A DNA stretch of 38,722 nt, from positions 1 through 38,722 of IMG/VR virus record IMGVR_UViG_3300020043_002961; one strand, given 5' to 3'. This DNA is from a virus. Its lineage: Duplodnaviria; Caudoviricetes. The position numbers and the translations under genes are program-made. Shown here in pieces: positions 35,938 to 38,722 of the stretch (position 1 is its first letter; every line of letters begins with the position of its first letter). Below the pieces are notes generated by a model, which saw only the letters and a program-made list of their open reading frames with translations, ran no database searches and was not told the DNA's origin.

Positions 35938-37560
35938 TTATTTCTCGTAAGTGATGATGGTCTTGCTGATGTCGTCGTTGGCATCGCGCTCAACGGTTTG
36001 CACAGCGCGTTTTGGATGCGTATCAACAACTGTCACGTCGGATGGCTTAACATCGTTGTAGACGTTCACTGTCGGGTTGGCCTGCTTTAACTCAGGCATC
36101 ACAGCCTCTACAACGACATTGTTTTCAGGTACGTTGATCACGTTTTTGATGTCTGGAGTGTTCACGTTTGTGACGTTGTTCTGCTCAGGCAGGTTGACGT
36201 AGTTGTTGATCACTGGGGGCTGCGCTGGCGCATTCTTCGTGCTCATCTTCACCAGCGTGTGCAGCGACTTCATCTCATCCATGAGCTTTTGCATCTCGGC
36301 TTGGCGCTGATCTTCTTTGAGCTTTTCATTGATGTCGGCCATCGGATCTTCGGCGGCAGCAGCAGGCTCAGCAATCTTGCCAAGGCCATCTACAGGAGCC
36401 ATTGCACCCTGAATCAACAGCTGATCGCCGCCTTCTTTCTCTGGCAGATGCTCCATAGCGCGAGCCTCGTTTGGTGTCATCAGGCCGTTTGTGATTGCAA
36501 CGCGGTACGACTCATAGCGAGACTTCGCGTCAGCACGCAGCAAGGCGTCAAAATCAAACGCGACATCCATGCGGTCACGCTCTGCGGCCGTCATCAAGTT
36601 CACCAAGATGCTGGCCTCAATCTTTTCAAGCAGAGGACGCAGTGACAGCTTGTAGAAGCCTTGCATGACCTGCTCGATACCAGAACCCCAGACGCTCGTG
36701 CCAGACGAGTCGTTCACCATCACTGATGGCACGCCGTACCAGCGGCAGATCTCAGCGATCTGGAATTTACGACTGTCCAGCAATTCGATGTCCTGCGGCG
36801 ACAAAGAAACCGAATCAAACTTCATGCCGCCTTCGAGAACCATCAAGCGATCATCGGTGCTGGTGGTCAAAGTGTTGAAGTTGGCACGAACTTTCTCGCG
36901 CTGCTCTGGAGTCAGCATTCGGTCAATGCTCAAAACGCCAGAGGGCTTCGCACCGTTGCGGTAAATCTTAGTTACAGCACCTTCTGCGGCCTGCGCGATG
37001 CCGAGTGAGTTGCGCTGGTAAGCCAAAGGCGACATACCGATCGTGCCGTTGCCCATCAGCTTCAAGTGCCAGATGTTTTCAGCGGCGAACACGGCCATGC
37101 CCTGATCGTTCTGGTAGTTGTAGACCATCGCGCCATCGTCAAGCATCATCGGCTCGACCTGCGCAGACATGATCGGCAACAAGCTGATGATTCGGCCACC
37201 AACGCGCTCAATCACGCAGTATGCGTTGCCGTTCACAATCAAATTCAGCATTACCGTCTCGAAAAACTCAATTTTCGTCTGGTATCGGTTCACTTTTCCA
37301 TTGAAAAGCGTGGTCAATGCGTGAGTTTCGTGCACAACTCGGCCGTCTGGCGTCTTCTTGTAGATCGTCAGAGGCAGTGATGCGACAGTCTCAGAGAGCA
37401 ATTTGACACAAGCCCAAACCGCTGAGAGCTGCATCGCGCTGTCATACGTGACAGTGGAAGCTGCGTCTTCAGAGTAGCTGGACGGCGTAGAGTATTGGAT
37501 GCCTTTGGATCGGCGCAAACCGCCCATCACCCAATTTGAGAAGCTGGAAAATAGACTCAT
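35938..37560 (-). CDS. HK97-family portal protein with long C-terminal extension
   Basis: AVWACVKLLSETVASLP, NGAKPSG, EICRWYGVP, G.MTPNEAR..E.LP..GGD. Confidence 0.95.
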   Translation of the reverse strand: MSLFSSFSNWVMGGLRRSKGIQYSTPSSYSEDAASTVTYDSAMQLSAVWACVKLLSETVASLPLTIYKKTPDGRVVHETHALTTLFNGKVNRYQTKIEFFETVMLNLIVNGNAYCVIERVGGRIISLLPIMSAQVEPMMLDDGAMVYNYQNDQGMAVFAAENIWHLKLMGNGTIGMSPLAYQRNSLGIAQAAEGAVTKIYRNGAKPSGVLSIDRMLTPEQREKVRANFNTLTTSTDDRLMVLEGGMKFDSVSLSPQDIELLDSRKFQIAEICRWYGVPSVMVNDSSGTSVWGSGIEQVMQGFYKLSLRPLLEKIEASILVNLMTAAERDRMDVAFDFDALLRADAKSRYESYRVAITNGLMTPNEARAMEHLPEKEGGDQLLIQGAMAPVDGLGKIAEPAAAAEDPMADINEKLKEDQRQAEMQKLMDEMKSLHTLVKMSTKNAPAQPPVINNYVNLPEQNNVTNVNTPDIKNVINVPENNVVVEAVMPELKQANPTVNVYNDVKPSDVTVVDTHPKRAVQTVERDANDDISKTIITYEK

Positions 37561-38591
37561 TTGAACGTCACCGGATTAGACAGAAAGCCATCGAAATCCC
37601 CTTCCGTGCTTGTCTGGGGGGTTACACCTACGGCCATCGCCAATGCAACCGCGCCGTCAATGCGGCCGGTCGCTTTTTGCTTATTCAGCTTGCGGTTTCC
37701 GGCTGCATCTTGCTCGATCTTAGCATTTGCCATACACATAGTCAAAACTGGATGCGCAGAGTGAGCCATTTTTTCATTCAGCAAGATCGTCTCCAATGAG
37801 TCGATCGCCGGAGCCATGTCTTTGAAGCCCTGGCCAAACGGTTGCAGTGGCAATTCGACACCCAGATTGTCAAACTCTTTCTTGAGCAGGTCAAAGCGCC
37901 AGCGGTCGTAGGCTACGGCCACCACGCTCATTCCATCCAGTGCTTCGACAATCTCGCGTGCCACTGCGTCGTACTCAATTGACGCGCTCGGCAGAGCTCG
38001 GATGAAACCTTGGTCTGCCCAAATGTCGTATGGTGCGCGGTCACGCTTTGCACGGTCACGCAAACCCTTCTCCGGCGTCCAGAAAATAGGCTTGACGTGC
38101 CACTTCTCCTCGAAGGCAATGGCCACCATCGCGGTCAAGTCATTCTTGGCCGACAGGTCGAGGCCGACGTACACAGGAACGCGGTAAAACACCGAATCGT
38201 CAGCTTCCATGCTGTTGAGCAGCCAAACGCCCTTTGAGATGAACGGCGCGGCCATCTCGACGCGCTGGTTTAGCACCAAATTGCGGAAAGTTGGCTCAAA
38301 ACTTGGCATTCTTTGCGCTCTTTCGGCCTGTTCTTCCACGTCTTTTAGGCTGCGAAACACGCCAATAGCAGGGTTCGCCGACTTCCAGCCTGTGCGATCC
38401 ATGATGTCCAATTCTTTTGGAGCCTCGTAGACGTGGCAAACGATGCGCGGATCTTTGCTTTCCTGCGCGTCGTCAAGCCAAATTGACAGCAAATCGTTAT
38501 CGTTTGGAGCCTGTGTGCTGATGCAAATCAGCAGTGGATCTTTGTGTGCACCCTGCGCGGTGGTGATCGCGTCGATGAAATCTGACTGCGG
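37557..38591 (-). CDS. terL: terminase large subunit, 5'-truncated at a chimeric junction
   Basis: ISTQA, GLDLSA..DLTA, YDRW, FGQGF, GRIDGAVALAMA; Walker A/B region absent. Confidence 0.9.
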   Translation of the reverse strand, partial: PQSDFIDAITTAQGAHKDPLLICISTQAPNDNDLLSIWLDDAQESKDPRIVCHVYEAPKELDIMDRTGWKSANPAIGVFRSLKDVEEQAERAQRMPSFEPTFRNLVLNQRVEMAAPFISKGVWLLNSMEADDSVFYRVPVYVGLDLSAKNDLTAMVAIAFEEKWHVKPIFWTPEKGLRDRAKRDRAPYDIWADQGFIRALPSASIEYDAVAREIVEALDGMSVVAVAYDRWRFDLLKKEFDNLGVELPLQPFGQGFKDMAPAIDSLETILLNEKMAHSAHPVLTMCMANAKIEQDAAGNRKLNKQKATGRIDGAVALAMAVGVTPQTSTEGDFDGFLSNPVTFK

Positions 38592-38601
38592 CATTGCCAG
38601 A

Positions 38602-38722
38602 GTTCCTGTTGTCATGGCGCGTGCGTAATTGAGGCGCTATTGATTGTGATTGTCTGGCTAGCAGTGATGGTCACGCTGTCAAGATTGATGTCAGCACCCG
38701 ACGTGCCGACTGTCAGGCCGGT
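38602..38722. repeat. 121-bp exact direct repeat of 35551..35671
   Basis: Direct sequence comparison. Confidence 0.95.

Noticed and set aside
38592-38615. MTTGTLAM as the true TerL N-terminus
   Set aside because: Derives from the duplicated 35551..35671 segment; TerL lacks its Walker motifs

Overview
Near-complete genome of a tailed dsDNA phage with a siphovirus-type, HK97-fold head. The host is probably a betaproteobacterium (weak inference from the SSB and tail gene style). The left arm carries HNH genes, a repeat-rich putative origin, a primase-VapE helicase, VRR-NUC nuclease, SSB, Sak4 and a RecE-like exonuclease on the - strand. A divergent + strand early block holds HNH, SF2 helicase, Cro, MazG-like, AlpA-like and mosaic accessory genes. 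The right arm is one - strand late operon: truncated TerL, portal, protease, capsid, neck, tail, fibers and lysis genes. No integrase, CI repressor or TerS is visible, and both contig ends look chimeric. Best candidate for an undescribed system: a glycosyltransferase cassette inside the head operon, where a start-less Maf/DUF115-like transferase domain appears to be fused to a small capsid-adjacent protein by a -1 programmed frameshift (internal SD, CCCTTTA heptamer, 3' stem-loop), next to a GT-A glycosyltransferase. Also notable are linker-delimited shuffled protein modules at 13.7-15.5 kb and two C4/CI-like structured RNAs in front of the replication genes. All family calls come from motif recognition by eye, not database searches.
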